Shown: piece after piece, positions 27,723-41,258 of the stretch
How the letters are laid out: each line of letters opens with the position of its first letter
How positions within the stretch are numbered: position 1 is the stretch's first letter
Source: Octopus vulgaris
Taxonomy: Eukaryota
NCBI GenBank assembly: GCA_951406725.2
Contig: OX597830.1
Coordinates: forward strand, 21,452,001-21,516,000
Reading direction: 5' to 3'
Length of the DNA stretch: 64,000 bases
Program-made: the position numbers and the translations under genes
The notes under the pieces: generated by a model
What the model was told of the DNA's origin: nothing
What the model saw: only the letters and a program-made list of their open reading frames with translations
The model's database searches: none

Positions 27723-27858
27723 TATACATGCATGGGTATTATACCAACAGTATATTGGATAGATATTATTCCTTAGTGGGTTGGACCTACAACCCCTAAC
27801 TTTGTTAGAGTATATATATATGTATATATATGTGTGTGTGTGTGTGTGTGTATTACAA

Positions 27859-28090
27859 GGCGGCGAGCTGGCAGAAACGGTAGCACACCGGGCGAAATGC
27901 GTAGCCGTATTTCGTCTGCCGTTACGTTCTGAGTTCAAATTTCGCCAAGGTCGACTTTGCCTTTCATCCTTTCGGGGTCGATAAATTAAGTACCAGTTAC
28001 GCACTGGGCTCGATGGAATCGACTTAATCCCTTTGTCTGTCCTTGTTTGTCCCCTCTGTGTTTAGCCCCTTGTGGGCAGTAAAGAAATAT
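27859..28090 (+). mobile_element. Full-length SINE family A (tRNA head, conserved central domain, LINE-like tail)
   Basis: A box tggcagaaacgg, B box gagttcaaatt, central gcctttcatcctttcggggtcgataaattaagtaccag (resembles the Meta-SINE domain, from memory), tail ending agtaaagaaata. Confidence 0.85.
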
Positions 28091-29084
28091 ATATTACATA
28101 CACATACGCAAAAATGTGTGCATGTGAGAATATGTATGTATGTATGTATAGGTAGGTAGGGTAGGTAGGTAGGTAGATAGATAGGTAGATAGATAGACAT
28201 AAAAATAGTCACGAGAAAAATAAAGTAAAAAGAGAAGAAAAAGAGAGCAATTACAAAACTTCAGAACACCGAACAAGAGTGCAAAGTCAATATAATTACA
28301 AAGAGAGAGACTCAGAGAGAGTGAGAGAGTGAGAAAGGGAGAACGAGAGTGAGAGAAAGACAGAGAAAAGGGGACGGAAGCGAAAACAGCGGTGTCATGG
28401 TATTGTAGCAGTAATGGTGGTCTGATTTCTGAGGGCGAAGCGCTTCGGCAGCTCCTTAACCACTAATTCCACGAAAATTACCCCCCGACTGTATCCCTAT
28501 TCCCTGTAACTAACAACCCGTGTCTTGCACCAAAACCCCAACTCATTTCTCTCTCTCTTTGTAAATATCATCTTCATCGTTAATACCCACATACCTCCAC
28601 ATTCTATTTCCCCGCCCCTAAGGTCTGTAAGGCTAATATATTCCCGGGTCACGCTGTCGTTTCCACCTGCAACTGCCCTTACCTCGACCAGCTTTTCTCA
28701 CCCTTGTTAAGCAGTTATTCCATCATACAACCATGACAACAAACACGCCTTCCATCTATTTAATTTTTTTCTCCTTCCCTCCAAGCCCTTCCCATATCCT
28801 TTTCAATGTGGATGTTGAATCTGTCTGTCAATGCCGGTGGTTCTGAACCGGCGTCTATATGACCCCTGGAAGTCCGCATAAGGTTTGGATTGGGGGACCA
28901 CGCTAGCAAAATAGTAAACTCAGGATCCAGTTTTATTTCAAGTGCCCATGTAAAATTTTGATTCAAAATGTATCTATTGCAAGAAAGAGCCAGGTTTCTT
29001 TCTCTAACGCTTTTACATACTTCATAGGAATTTTGAAAGAAGTATATATAAAACTATAAAACTAGTTTTAAAGGGCTCCACGGC

Positions 29085-29258
29085 GTAGGAGTGGCTCTGG
29101 TGTAAGTAGCTTGCTTACCAGCCACATGGTTCCTGGTTCAGTCCCACTGCGTGGTACCTTGGGCAAGTATCTTCTACTATAGCCTCGGGCCGACTAAAGC
29201 CTTGTGAGTAGATTTGGTAGACGGAAATTGAAAGAAGCCGTCGTATATCGTATATATG

Positions 29259-29313
<55 letters not shown>

Positions 29314-29530
29314 GTGTGCCGGTGTGTGTGTGTGTGTGTCCCCCCCCCAACAAACTTGACAACCGATGCTGGTGTGTATGCGTCCCCGTCACTTAGCGGT
29401 TCGGCAAAAGAGACCGATAGAATAAGTACTAGGCTTGCAAAGAATAAGTCCTGGGGGCGATTTCCTCGACTAAAGGCGGTGCTCCAGTATGACCACAGTC
29501 AAATGACTGAAACGAGTAAAAGAGTAAAAG
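29085..29530 (+). mobile_element. SINE family B, near full length
   Basis: Head, CORE-like motif, internal microsatellite, tail cagtcaaatgactgaaacgagtaaaagagtaaaaga. Confidence 0.85.
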
Positions 29531-29746
29531 AGTATATGTGCATATAATTCTTTCTGCTATAGGGCCGAAGGATATCATTTCTGAGAAGAGAATGAGTCAA
29601 GTGTATAACCCCTACTCCACCCCAGGGCTTAACTACTACTTATTTTATTTATCCCGAAAGAATGAAAGACAAAGACGACTTCGGCGGAATTTGAACACAG
29701 AATGTAAAGAGCCGTACGAAACGCCGCTAAGCATTTTGTACGGCTC

Positions 29747-30553
29747 GGGGTTCTTTTCTTTTTGGTTCACGCTTCTCAATTTCTTTAATCTTGTTCCAAA
29801 TGATTTCAGACTCGGGGTATTGATGTAGTTTTGTATGCTAATTATAAAAATGAAATTCATTCATGCAATGACTTAATAATTAAAACGTTAATAGCTTTTA
29901 AAGCTTGCAAATTTTGGATAATTTTAGCCAATCGAAAGCCACAGATATATTGGCGCCTGTTTTCGTAGTAACAAGCCAAGGTGTAGTTCGCTAACCGAGG
30001 AAGGGTGTTTCCTGAGCAGTGGGTTTTCGGAGGAGTGTGTCACGAGACCAGACATGTTTTTTCTTTATGCGGTGCCATGTCGGAATCGCGACACACTGGA
30101 GGAATGCATACGCCAGTCGATTCTTCCAAGAACCACAATTTCAATTTTCAGTGACTTTTGGAGGGCCGACTGTCACATTCTTGAAAATAATGGCTACAAC
30201 TTTCAACATAGAACAGTGAACCATAGCGTTGAGTTTTTTTAACTCGAATGATGGTACCCAAATGCTACAAGGGGAAAACAAACGGGCCTCTGTAAAATGA
30301 AGAAACAAAGGACGTTGTGACACCCACAGTTCTATGGTTGACTCGTATCCTTGTGAGTTTACGTAGTGCAGAAGATACGAAAATTGTAATTTGTTTGACA
30401 AACTCTTAGAATGCATCGCAAACTTTCGTTTGTGAATTTTCGCCACAAAACATGTATTGTTTACATGAAGTGAACAAGTTTGTTTTTGTAACTTAGCGCT
30501 CAGTTTTTTGAGTTTTTTTGTGATTTTTCACACACAAAAAATGTAATTGAGGA

Positions 30554-30619
<66 letters not shown>

Positions 30620-30919
30620 GTTTACATGCCTGATCCAACCTTTTACATGACTTTATTCAATGAGACTTATCAAACCTTCCGTCGTTGAACGTTTTGTCGT
30701 AATGTTGTCATCACGTACAAAATACCAGCTTCCAAATCCTGTTTTCTGATTGGGTTAAAAAATAATCAAACTTTAAAACCACTGTAACATTTTTCTCAGA
30801 TTTCACCGGAACAATTGAATAAAGATTCAGCATGAAAAATTACACCAATATACCAAATTTGAAAATTTTCATTTAATTTTAAAATTTCAAAAAGTATGGG
30901 TCAAACAGAAAAATATTCC
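29747..30919 (+). mobile_element. Degenerate Merlin (IS1016-like) DNA transposon inserted in a SINE family A copy
   Basis: Imperfect terminal inverted repeats; SINE sequence stops at ~29746 and resumes at ~30919; internal transposase remnant. Confidence 0.65.
29993..30435 (+). pseudogene. Merlin/ISXO2-type DDE transposase remnant (frameshifted)
   Basis: NRGRVFPEQWVFGGVCHETR, AVPCRNRDTLEECIRQSILPRTTISIFSDFWRA...HRTVNHSVEF, DSYPCEFT*CRR...LFDKLLECIA. Confidence 0.88.
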
Positions 30920-31299
30920 GGCGCAGTAACGATTCCGCAGCCCGCCTCCTTAATACAAGCTATAATCAAAAGACATTTGGTCAAGATGGGACACATTGGT
31001 ATCGATACCGTAACCAAGTGGTTGCACTACGAGCTTCCTAACCACAGTGCTATCTGCTTACCTGCCTGCATTTTGACTTTTTCTATTGCTTTTCTTCCTC
31101 TATTTTTTGTCTCTTCGTTCGGTCTTTTCTTATTTTTTTGATTATTGTATTTCTATTTGATTTCTTTTTATTAAATCCTGGTCGGGTTTTATAGCTGTTT
31201 GTTTAGTTTCGCATTTCCTTGTTGCCGCTCCTTTTTGTGGCCGCCATTACACCTCTTGCTGATGTTGTTTATGGTACTGTTGGTGTTCTTGTTGTTGCT

Positions 31300-31497
31300 G
31301 CTGTTGCCATTGTTATTGTTGTTCTTCTTCTTCGTTTTCTTTTTCTTCTTCTTATTTTTCTTCTTTTCTTCTTCTTCTTCTTCTTCTTCTTCTTCTTCTT
31401 CTTCTCCTCCTTCTTCTTCTTCTTCTTTTTCTTCTTCTTCTTCCTCCTCCTCCTCTTCTTCTTCTTCTTGTTCTTCTTTTTCTTCTTCTTCTTCTTT

Positions 31498-31542
<45 letters not shown>

Positions 31543-32075
31543 TTCTTCTTCTTCTTCTTCTTCTTCTTCTTCTTCCTCCTCCTCCTCCTCCTCCTCTTCT
31601 TCTTCTTCTCCTTCTTCTTCTTCTCTTCTTCTTCTTCTTCTTCTTCTTCTTCTTCTTCTTCTTCTTCTTCTTCTCCTCCTCCTCCTCCTCCTCCTCCTTG
31701 TTTTTGTAGTTGTTGTTCTTGTTCTTCTCCTTGTCGTTGTTGTTGTGGTGATTGTTGTTGCTGCTGCTGCTGTTGTTGTAGTTGTTTTTGTTGTTATTGT
31801 CGTCGTTGTTGCTGTTGTTGTCGCTGTTATTGTTGTTGTTGTTGTTGTTGCCATTGTTGTTGCGTTGTTGTTGTTCTTGCTGTTGTTGTTGTTCCTGTTG
31901 TTGTTGCTCTTGCTGCTGCTGCTGTTGTTGTTTTTGCTGTTATCGTCGTTGTTGTTGCTTATTTTATATTGTTGATATTGGCCTCTGCTATTGACGTGGT
32001 GGTCATTATTATTGGTTGTTTGTTGGTGATGTTGCCTTTGATTCTTGTTGTTGTTGTTGTTGTTATTATTATTTT
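31300..32075. repeat. (TTC)n/(TCC)n/(TTG)n trinucleotide block
   Basis: Direct reading; source of the 324/312/258-aa ORFs. Confidence 0.9.
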
Positions 32076-32566
32076 GATGATAACGACTCGAGCTGGCAAA
32101 ATCGTTACCGCACCGGACAAAATGCTTAGTGGCATTTCGTCCATCTTTACGTTCTGAGTTCAAATTCCGCCGAGGTTAACTTTGCCTTTCATCCTTTCTT
32201 GGTCGAAGAAATAAGTTCAAGTTAAGCACTGGGATCGAGGTAATCGACTGAATCCCTTCTACGAAATTGCTGGCCTTGTACCAAAATTTAAAACCATTAT
32301 GATGACGACAACGATGACCACGACGACGACCCCCACCACCACCACCACCACAACCCCCCCCACACACACACACACACACAACCACAACCACCACCACCAC
32401 CACCACCACCACTACCACCACCACCACCACCACAACCACAACCACCACCACCACAACCACAACCACCACCACCACAACCACCACCACCACCATCACAACC
32501 ACAACCACTATTAACGAAAATGACATACTTATCGTCTAGAAATAAAAGGACAGTGGGAGATACACG

Positions 32567-33170
32567 TTTCTTATTTCTTTATTGCCCACAAGGGGTTAAA
32601 CATAGAGGGGACAAACAAGGACAGACAAACGAATTAAGTCGATTACATCGACCCCAGTGCGTAACTGGTACTTAATTTATCGACCCCGAAAGGATGAAAG
32701 GCAAAGTCGACCTCGGCGGAATTTGAACTCAGAACGTAGCGGCAAACGAAATACCTATTTCTTTACAACCCACAAGGGGCTAAACACAGAGAGGACAAAC
32801 AAGGACAGACAAACGAATTAAGTCGATTACATCGACACCCCAGTGCGTAACTGGTACTTAATTTATCGACCCCGAAAGAATGAAAGGCAAAGTAGACCCC
32901 GGCGGAGTTTGAACTCAGAACGTAGCGGCAAACGAAATACCTATTTCTTTACTACCCACAAGGGGCTAAACACAGAGAGGACAAACAAGGACAGACAAAC
33001 GGATTAAGTCGATTACATCGTCCCCAGTGCGTAACTGGTACTTAATTTATCGACCCCGAAAGGATGAAAGGCAAAGTCGACCTCGGCAGAATTTGAACTC
33101 AGAAAGTAACGGCAGACGAGATATGGCTACGCATTTCGCCCGGCGTGCAAACGTTTCTGCCAGCTCGCCG
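32567..33170 (-). mobile_element. SINE family A with three tandem ~182-bp body+tail units
   Basis: Single head near 33170; three repeats of cccacaagggg...gaactcagaa. Confidence 0.85.
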
Positions 33171-33602
33171 TGGGAGATGCACGTTTCTGACTCAATAACC
33201 GTCATTAGCAGTAACCAGAGAATATAGATTTATACAAACCAGGGAATAAACACATTTCTAGCTTAAGTAATTTGCATTGGAAAATACGGAGAGTACAACA
33301 TGTCGAAACCGTGTTTTGTGTTCTTGTCTTCTGTATTTGTAGCTTATTAAAACTTTTTGTTTTTTGTTTTGTGGCTAATTTTCAAGAAATGACTAATAAG
33401 GTTGTTTGCTTAGTGTTGCAGTATGGGTATTCTATTTGAGGTTGTTATTGTGACAACGAGGTAAGAGGTATGTGGTGTTGTTGCTGTTTAAATGACGATG
33501 CTAATTTCTCTTATACACTATTTTAGTGTTGTGTGCTTTGCACTTTATGTCCGACGCAAATATTTTGCCAGTCTTCCATTCGCCTATAGTTCATTTAGTA
33601 AG

Positions 33603-33634
<32 letters not shown>

Positions 33635-33860
33635 AAAATATACACGTAAATATAGATATATATATATATATGTTTGTTTGGATGTATATGTGTGTATATA
33701 TATATATGCGTGTATGTGTGTATGTTTGTGTGTATATATATATATACATGTACATACATACGCATATATATATATACATATATACATACATATATATATA
33801 TTATATATATACGCACATACATATACTTATACATACATATATATACACATATATACATAC

Positions 33861-33924
<64 letters not shown>

Positions 33925-34713
33925 TATATACGTACATGTGTGTGTGTGTGTGTGTATTATTTTGTGATATTTTTCGTTTCGTTGTTTGATTTTGAGTCTT
34001 ATTTCGGTTGTGTGTGATTTTTAGTATATGATGTTTGAAGTTTTTATGAGGTTAGCTATTTCTGATGTGTAATTGGGGTTGTATATATTTATGTTGCCTT
34101 ATGGGAAATGTCTTTTAGTGTGTTTGTTTGTTTTTGTTTTTGTTTTTTCAGAAGTGCCTATAATTTTTTTTAATGTATGTACTGCACTGTTTCTATGTCG
34201 ATGATTGTGGCGAGGTTGAATTTTGAAAAAAGCAAAAAAAGCAACAAAAAAAAAACCAACCTTGATTCCGATTCTTGATGGAACTGGTTCCATTGTGTTT
34301 TTTGAAGTGTGTTAAAGTGGTTTTTGCTTACTTCATCGAAGTGTGAGCGTGAGGTGGTGATGATAATTGGTAGGTGGTCCTAGGAAAGTTGTCGGGGTGG
34401 CGAAGGAATTGTTTTGGCAACGGGTTGTGGTAGTTAGATGTGCGGAGCAGAAGGTGATGTCTGGAAAAATTATTATAGTTGATTTGATGAGGTAGGTACG
34501 TATGTTTGTGTTGGTGTGAGTGATTTAGGATGTAAAGGGAGTAGGGTTTTAATAATGGTATATCACCTTTTTTTTTTTACCTTTTTTTTTATCGTCTGCG
34601 CCATTTAAAAACCAGGAGGTGTTTCAGTACACGAAATACTCCCCAATGAAAGTTGTTTTGCGAGAGTGCTGTAACTGGGTCAGGAACCTGGCAGGACTGT
34701 TGATAAAATTAGT

Positions 34714-34752
<39 letters not shown>

Positions 34753-34965
34753 TAACATAAATAATATATAAATATGTGCATATATACATACATATATGTA
34801 CATACCTACATCTATATGTATATATACATGCATATATGAGTACAGGACATAAAAAAACGTTGAACACAATGAGAAATGAAAACATAAAAACAAAAACATG
34901 GAAACGAACTTTTTTTCAAACAACGTAAAAAAACAGAGTACAAGACATACAACCCAAGGAATATT

Positions 34966-35040
34966 CCCCTTCTTCAGTTGTCCCTGTTTCATCTACTCCG
35001 CTTTTCGAAGGTAAGGACAAGACGCGATTCGTTGAAACAG
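34966..35040 (-). ncRNA. Permuted hammerhead motif (family P), GUC triplet
   Basis: cuguuuca..CGCG-UC-UUGUCC-uua-CCUUC-GAAA-AGCG..ugaaacag-GGACAA-CUGAAGA-AGGGG; one mismatch in stem III. Confidence 0.72.
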
Positions 35041-35238
35041 TCCTTCCCGCAAAGCAAATTAAACAAAATTTGGGATTTTTTGCGGAGGTGTAAAAGTGTT
35101 AACAAGAACAGGACAGTAAAAACAAAACAAGACAGTAAAAAAATACAAATAAAAACAGTAAAAGACAGGACAAGGAGAATAACACAGTTAAAACAAACGA
35201 TGAGGGCTGTTAAGTCAAGACAATGGAAAAAATTTTCC

Positions 35239-35287
<49 letters not shown>

Positions 35288-35291
<4 letters not shown>

Positions 35292-35640
35292 AATAAGAAG
35301 ATGGAGGGGATCAATAGGTGGTTCATCAACTTTTAGACATTATATCATGTCAACTTATTCATTTACTTACTAAAATGACAATTACAAGAATATACATATA
35401 TGTATAACATATTATGCTTTACATTTAAAATATATTAATATATAAAAATACCAGTAATTATGTTTTACATGTTTGTATATTCTTGTAATTGTCATTTTAG
35501 TAGATAAATAGTAGATAAAGTTTAGTAGATAAATAATTGTCATTTTAGTAGATAAATAGTAGATAAATTGTAGTTGACATAGTATAATGTCTAAAAGTTG
35601 ATGAACCACCTATTGATCCCCTCCATTTTCTTATTGCTCT
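35288..35640. repeat. Imperfect inverted repeat (~110-bp arms), probable fold-back retroelement end
   Basis: gagcaataagaagatggaggggatcaatagg... versus ...cctattgatcccctccattttcttattgctc. Confidence 0.7.
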
Positions 35641-35812
35641 ATAAATTAATAGTAAAATAACTCTTTACCCTCACCCATTTAGTACACTTGGTAATGTAAT
35701 TGCAATTCAATAAAAACACTTGTGTATTATTAATTGGGTAGTCTACCAGCAGAATATTGGATAGATATTATCCCTTAGTTGGTTGGATTTACAAGCTCTA
35801 ACTTTCTTGGAG

Positions 35813-35903
<91 letters not shown>

Positions 35904-35973
35904 TGTGTGTGTGTCTGCGTGTGTGTGTCCGTGCGTGCGGGCGTGTGTGTGTGTGAGAGTGTTTGTACCCATA

Positions 35974-36009
<36 letters not shown>

Positions 36010-36051
36010 TGTATGTATGTATGTATGTATGTATGTATGTATGTATGTATG

Positions 36052-36117
<66 letters not shown>

Positions 36118-36184
36118 CTATATATAATTGATGAAGGAAACGGAAGATGGATTTAGTACGGATCTTTAGTGTGCGTGCGTGCGG

Positions 36185-36219
<35 letters not shown>

Positions 36220-36237
36220 ACTGTGTTTGTACCCATA

Positions 36238-36273
<36 letters not shown>

Positions 36274-37155
36274 TGTATGTATGTATGTATATATATATAA
36301 TTGATGAAGTAAACGGAAGATGGATTTAGTACGAATCTTTTATTCAGCACGACGATCGTTTCGATCAATCCTGCAGCTGTTCCGGAGGGCTAGGATATTG
36401 TGCCTTTAGTTCTGTTGCATCAATCGGTGCCGGCTTAGTCACTTTAGGTGCTTGGTGTAAAAACGACACCCCACTAGATGTATTCAGTTCTCCTTGGCAC
36501 GTTGTTCTCGCTCGTTGAACGTGGGTAATTTTTTAAATACCGTTCAGAAATTTGACGTCATGAGTCGAGAGAGGAAGAGAAGGAAGAAAGAAAAGAAAAT
36601 TAAAGAAGTAATGGAGGACTAAATAAATAGAAAGGTGAATGGCAAATGGATAGAAATGATAAAGGAAAGAATAGGATGTATGGATTGAAAAGAATAAAGT
36701 GAAAGTTACAGATACTATTAGACAAAAAGGAGCAGATGTCATTTGAAATAGCTGAAAGCGTGTTTTTCCAATTTTTAACGGTATTTAAAAAAATTACTAG
36801 CGTTCTCTATCAACGTTTTATATATATATATTATTCATATATATACTTGTGAGTGAATTTCATACATGGAAACTGAAAGAAGAGTGTCGTATATATGTGT
36901 ATATTTATGTGTGTGTGTGTGTGTGTGTGCGTGTGTGTGACTGTGTTTGTACCCATACCACCGTTTGACAACTGATATTGTTGTGTTTACGTCCCCGTAA
37001 CCTAGCGGTTCAGCAAAAGGCACCGATAGAATAAGTATTTCGCTTATAAAGAATAAATCTTGGGATCGATTAGTTCGACTAAAAGTGGTGCTCCAGCATG
37101 GTCATAGTCACATGACTGAAGTAAGTAAAACACTAAAAAAGCCATGCCATTTTAA

Positions 37156-37184
37156 CCCCGAGCAACGCCGGGTATCTCTGCTAG
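37156..37184 (+). mobile_element. Isolated Helitron 3' terminus
   Basis: cccgagcaacgccggg hairpin then CTAG-T, as at 5561-5588. Confidence 0.65.
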
Positions 37185-37370
37185 TATATTATATTCTTAC
37201 ATTTGTAAAAATGGGTAATTAATGAACACTGTTATTTATAATATACCCCACCCCCCTGGTGAGATTGATACATTACTCCACCTTATTTTCCTCCCGGATT
37301 AATTCTAATGTAATCATTGAAACATATAAGTCGGTGATAACATCTGCTTTTGTCTCCATTTTCCATTTCT

Positions 37371-37404
<34 letters not shown>

Positions 37405-37405
<1 letters not shown>

Positions 37406-37782
37406 TAGCAAAACGCCCCCCTCCAATGGACGGTGCTGAGTTGTAAAACATTTAACCAAATTTTCTCAAAAAAACTTGTCCGACCGTCCCATAGGCCTCC
37501 CCTTTGAGAAACACTAATTTAACCTAAATTTAAGATACCAGCAAAAGAAGAAATAAAGATAGACCTTTTTCTATTCCAAGAAAAACGATTCTACAAATGC
37601 ACGTTCCTACGGCTTTATCGATCGCATTCTGACCTGGAATCGTTTTTGTAATCTTTTCAAGACTTATCAACGCCCTGATACCGTCGATATCTACATATCA
37701 AATTTGAGCGCAATCGGATGGAGGATGCCCGAGATCCTAGAAGACACAGACACAGATAGACAGAATGGATTTTATATAATAG
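37405..37782 (-). mobile_element. Non-autonomous Helitron
   Basis: Minus strand starts ctattatataaaa...ctgtctatctgtgtc and ends with a GC-rich hairpin plus CTAG-T. Confidence 0.7.
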
Positions 37783-38155
37783 CTAATTCTTATACAGGAA
37801 TGCTGTTGACTGCAATGCATTGGAGTTAGTTTTACCTTTATATAGTCTCTGCTAAGTTACAAATCATCTTTGGGTGAGTTGGTTTTGAGTGGGGTGGTTA
37901 TTAGGTTTTTATGGAAAGGCATTTTGGAAGAAAAATATTGATTACTTTTGGGGTTATGTTATTGTTTAGAATGTATTAATGCACATAGAACTCTGTAAAT
38001 AAGCCCGTAGGTGTTTCTCTTTTGTTGAGTGAACAAGAGTTGTGATAGCAGTGTTGTTGTTTTTGCTATTATTGGATTCCATCCCTTCACTTTGACAATA
38101 TAAAGGTCAAAGGTACAATGACCGGTAATATATATATATGCACCCACATCATACA

Positions 38156-38214
<59 letters not shown>

Positions 38215-38245
38215 TGAGAGAGAGAGATGGATAGATAGATAGATT

Positions 38246-38280
<35 letters not shown>

Positions 38281-38321
38281 TGATAGAGGGATGGAGGGCT
38301 GGATGGATGGATGGATGGATG

Positions 38322-38388
<67 letters not shown>

Positions 38389-38620
38389 GGAGGGATAGAT
38401 AGACAGATAGATAAACTTACTTGGAAAGGGATACGTTGCGTACAATCATATAATAATATGAATAACACACACACACACACACACACACATATGCATGCAT
38501 ATATACATATATAGGTACAGGTCGTCACAAAACGTAAACAACATGAAATTCGAAGACAAACTTGGATATGCGAACAACGAGAGCAGCAAATGGAAAAGCA
38601 ACACAAGTAATATAAAGAAC

Positions 38621-38664
38621 GATCTTTGTCAGTTGTCGGCTGTTCATCTACTCCTCATTTCGAG
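38621..38664 (-). ncRNA. 5'-truncated, degenerate permuted hammerhead motif (family P)
   Basis: ctc-GAAA-tgag-gagtagat-gaacag-c-cgacaa-CTGACAA-agat; homologous to 47868-47909. Confidence 0.45.
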
Positions 38665-38779
38665 ATGTATGTATGTGCGCGTGCGGGGGTTTGTTGCATA
38701 AACCCGTATAGCAGGGTATTCTTTATCATCTTCTCCTATCACCCCCTTTTCGCTATTTTTCAAAGCATTGGCTTCCATA

Positions 38780-39295
38780 CTCATCTTCAAAAATATTTAT
38801 TTCTTTATTACTCACAGGGGAGATTAAACATAGAGGGGACAAACAAGGATAAAGGGATTAAGTCGATTACATCGACCCCAGTGCGTAACTGGTAGTTATT
38901 TAATCGACCGCGAAAGGATGAAAGGCTAAGTCGACCTCGGTGAAATTTCCATCTTCAAGAATATTTATTTCTTTATTGCTCACAGGGGATTAAACATAGA
39001 GGGGACAAACAAGGATAAAGGGATTAAGTCGATTACATCGACCCCAGTGTGTAACTGGTAGTTATTTAATCGACCGCGAAAGGATGAAAGGCAAAGTCGA
39101 CCTCGGTGAAATTTCCATCTTCAAGAATATTTATTTCTTTATTGCCCACAAGGGTCTAAACATAGAGAGGACAAACAAAGACAGACAAAGGAATTAAGTC
39201 GATTACATCGACCCCAGTGCATAACTGGTACTTATTTAATCGACCGCGAAAGGATGAAAGGCAAAGTCGACCTCGGCGGAATTTCCATTTTCAAA
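38780..39295 (-). repeat. Three tandem ~167-bp headless SINE family A fragments
   Basis: Repeats of catcttcaa...ttctttatt...gtcgacctcgg. Confidence 0.85.
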
Positions 39296-39744
39296 GATAT
39301 TAAATTAAAATGGTATACTTTACGGATCTTTACCTTTTGACCTAGCGATTTAAAAAATAATTTTTTGTAACTTTCAAACTTCGTATACTAGTAGACTGTG
39401 TCATATAAAACACCTTTTACTCTTAGCGTTTTCGAGAAAAGTTTATATTTATAAAGTTATTTCGTGTTGAAGTTGTCATATTTCGGTAATTTCAACCAAT
39501 CAATGACGTGTATTCAGCTGAATAAAATTACTGGTGTTGTTTGACAACAATAACTTCCGGCGGTAATCAACATACATATACATACATATATATGTATATA
39601 TACATGCATATATGGGTACAGGACGCCATAAAACGTAAACAACATGAAATACGAAATACGAAAACGTGAAATATGAAGACAAACTTTTGTATGCGAGCAA
39701 CGAAATAAATAAATGGAAAACAAGACAAGTAACATAAAGAACGA

Positions 39745-39819
39745 CCCTTCATCAGTTGTCAGCTGTTTATCTACTACATTTCAAGCAATTCACGCCAATA
39801 TGTGCCTTCGAGAAAACAG
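39745..39819 (-). ncRNA. Permuted hammerhead motif (family P), AUA triplet
   Basis: cuguuu..ACA-UA-UUGGCG-ugaauu-GCUU-GAAA-UGU..aaacag-c-UGACAA-CUGAUGA-AGGG. Confidence 0.65.
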
Positions 39820-40177
39820 TTGCTCCCGCGAACCAAAATAAAATTTGGGATTTGAAGAGGGTCAAAGTTGGTAACAAAAACAGGACATTGAAAACAAACA
39901 GTGAGAGCCGCTAGGCCATACGAAGTAAGGTGGCGAACGCTGGAGAAACAATCTTTGACAGGAGAAAAGATAGGAGAGGAGATAAACAAAAATGCGACTG
40001 GTCGGTGACACAGGCCGAAAGATAAGAAAGATGATCACGTGTGGAAAAAGAAAGGTGGACGACGATCACGTGTGAGCAACGAGAGAGTAAAGGCCGAAGA
40101 CGGAGTGAGTGTACCCATATATGCATGTATATATACATATATATGTAAGTATGTTCTTGTAGGTATGTATGTATAGA

Positions 40178-40227
<50 letters not shown>

Positions 40228-40966
40228 TCATTTATATATATATTGTATATATATATATATACATATTATTTATATCATATATATATATATACATAAACAT
40301 ACGTAGACTAGTAGATCAAGGTTATTTAGGTATAACATAAATAGCTGTAAACTAATAACCTATCCATTACCAGATGTGTATATACTTTCTCTGATAAGTT
40401 TCTAATAAGATTAGAAACTGGTCGCAACAATCCCATTTCTTTCTCTTGTATTCACAGAGAGATTAAACCTGTGGCATAACTACCCTTCTTAAGTGTAAAA
40501 GACCGGCTAAAACTGTATGAGTGTTGACAGTTTAATGAGTACGAATATAATATTCTGTAAGCAGTGTCTTGTAAGCACACCCTATAATGAGTGATTATGC
40601 TGCTTCTGTGACAAGTCGAAAGACTACAATAATTTCTACTGAACTGTGTACGTTTATCTCACGTTTTAAATGTATTACTATATTCTCTATAGTTTTAATC
40701 TTATTCCTATTATAGCTGTCTTCATTGTTCTAAATCTTTTTCTTTGTAAGATCCATCTTCTCAGTGCTATTTACAATTACTGGCACAAACTAACGAGATG
40801 TCGAAACTACACTACGTGTTGTCCTAATAGCTGACAAGAAGTTTTCCATAGATAATTAAATAATTATCTCTTCGTTTCTATGTCTCGCTCTAATTTTCAC
40901 TATATATATATATATATACATATATATGTGTGTATGAATGTATGTATATATATATATATATATATG

Positions 40967-41031
<65 letters not shown>

Positions 41032-41151
41032 ACAATCAAGGAACGGCCATAATAGGCCATTCACCCACTAGAAATAACAGCCAAAGCTTCAACCGCAAAT
41101 AAAAGTTAATTCTGTAAACCAGGAGAAAATTTAAAAAACATTTACCCTGTA

Positions 41152-41258
41152 ATTTCTTATACGATATACCGTTTCATCTGCTGATTAATGGTAAACTAAC
41201 CTGATTAAATTAAATCAAGCCAATCTTCCACAGGCCCTCAGATTCGTCAGTAAGAAAT
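41152..41258 (-). ncRNA. Type I hammerhead ribozyme
   Basis: Reverse complement of 41997-42103. Confidence 0.88.

Noticed and set aside
28500-28980. Unique-looking sequence examined as a possible exon or LINE fragment
   Set aside because: The minus-strand frames I translated are interrupted by stops and I recognised no motif.
31189-32163. 324-aa N/T/R/E-rich ORF
   Set aside because: Trinucleotide repeats open in several frames on both strands, starting inside a SINE.
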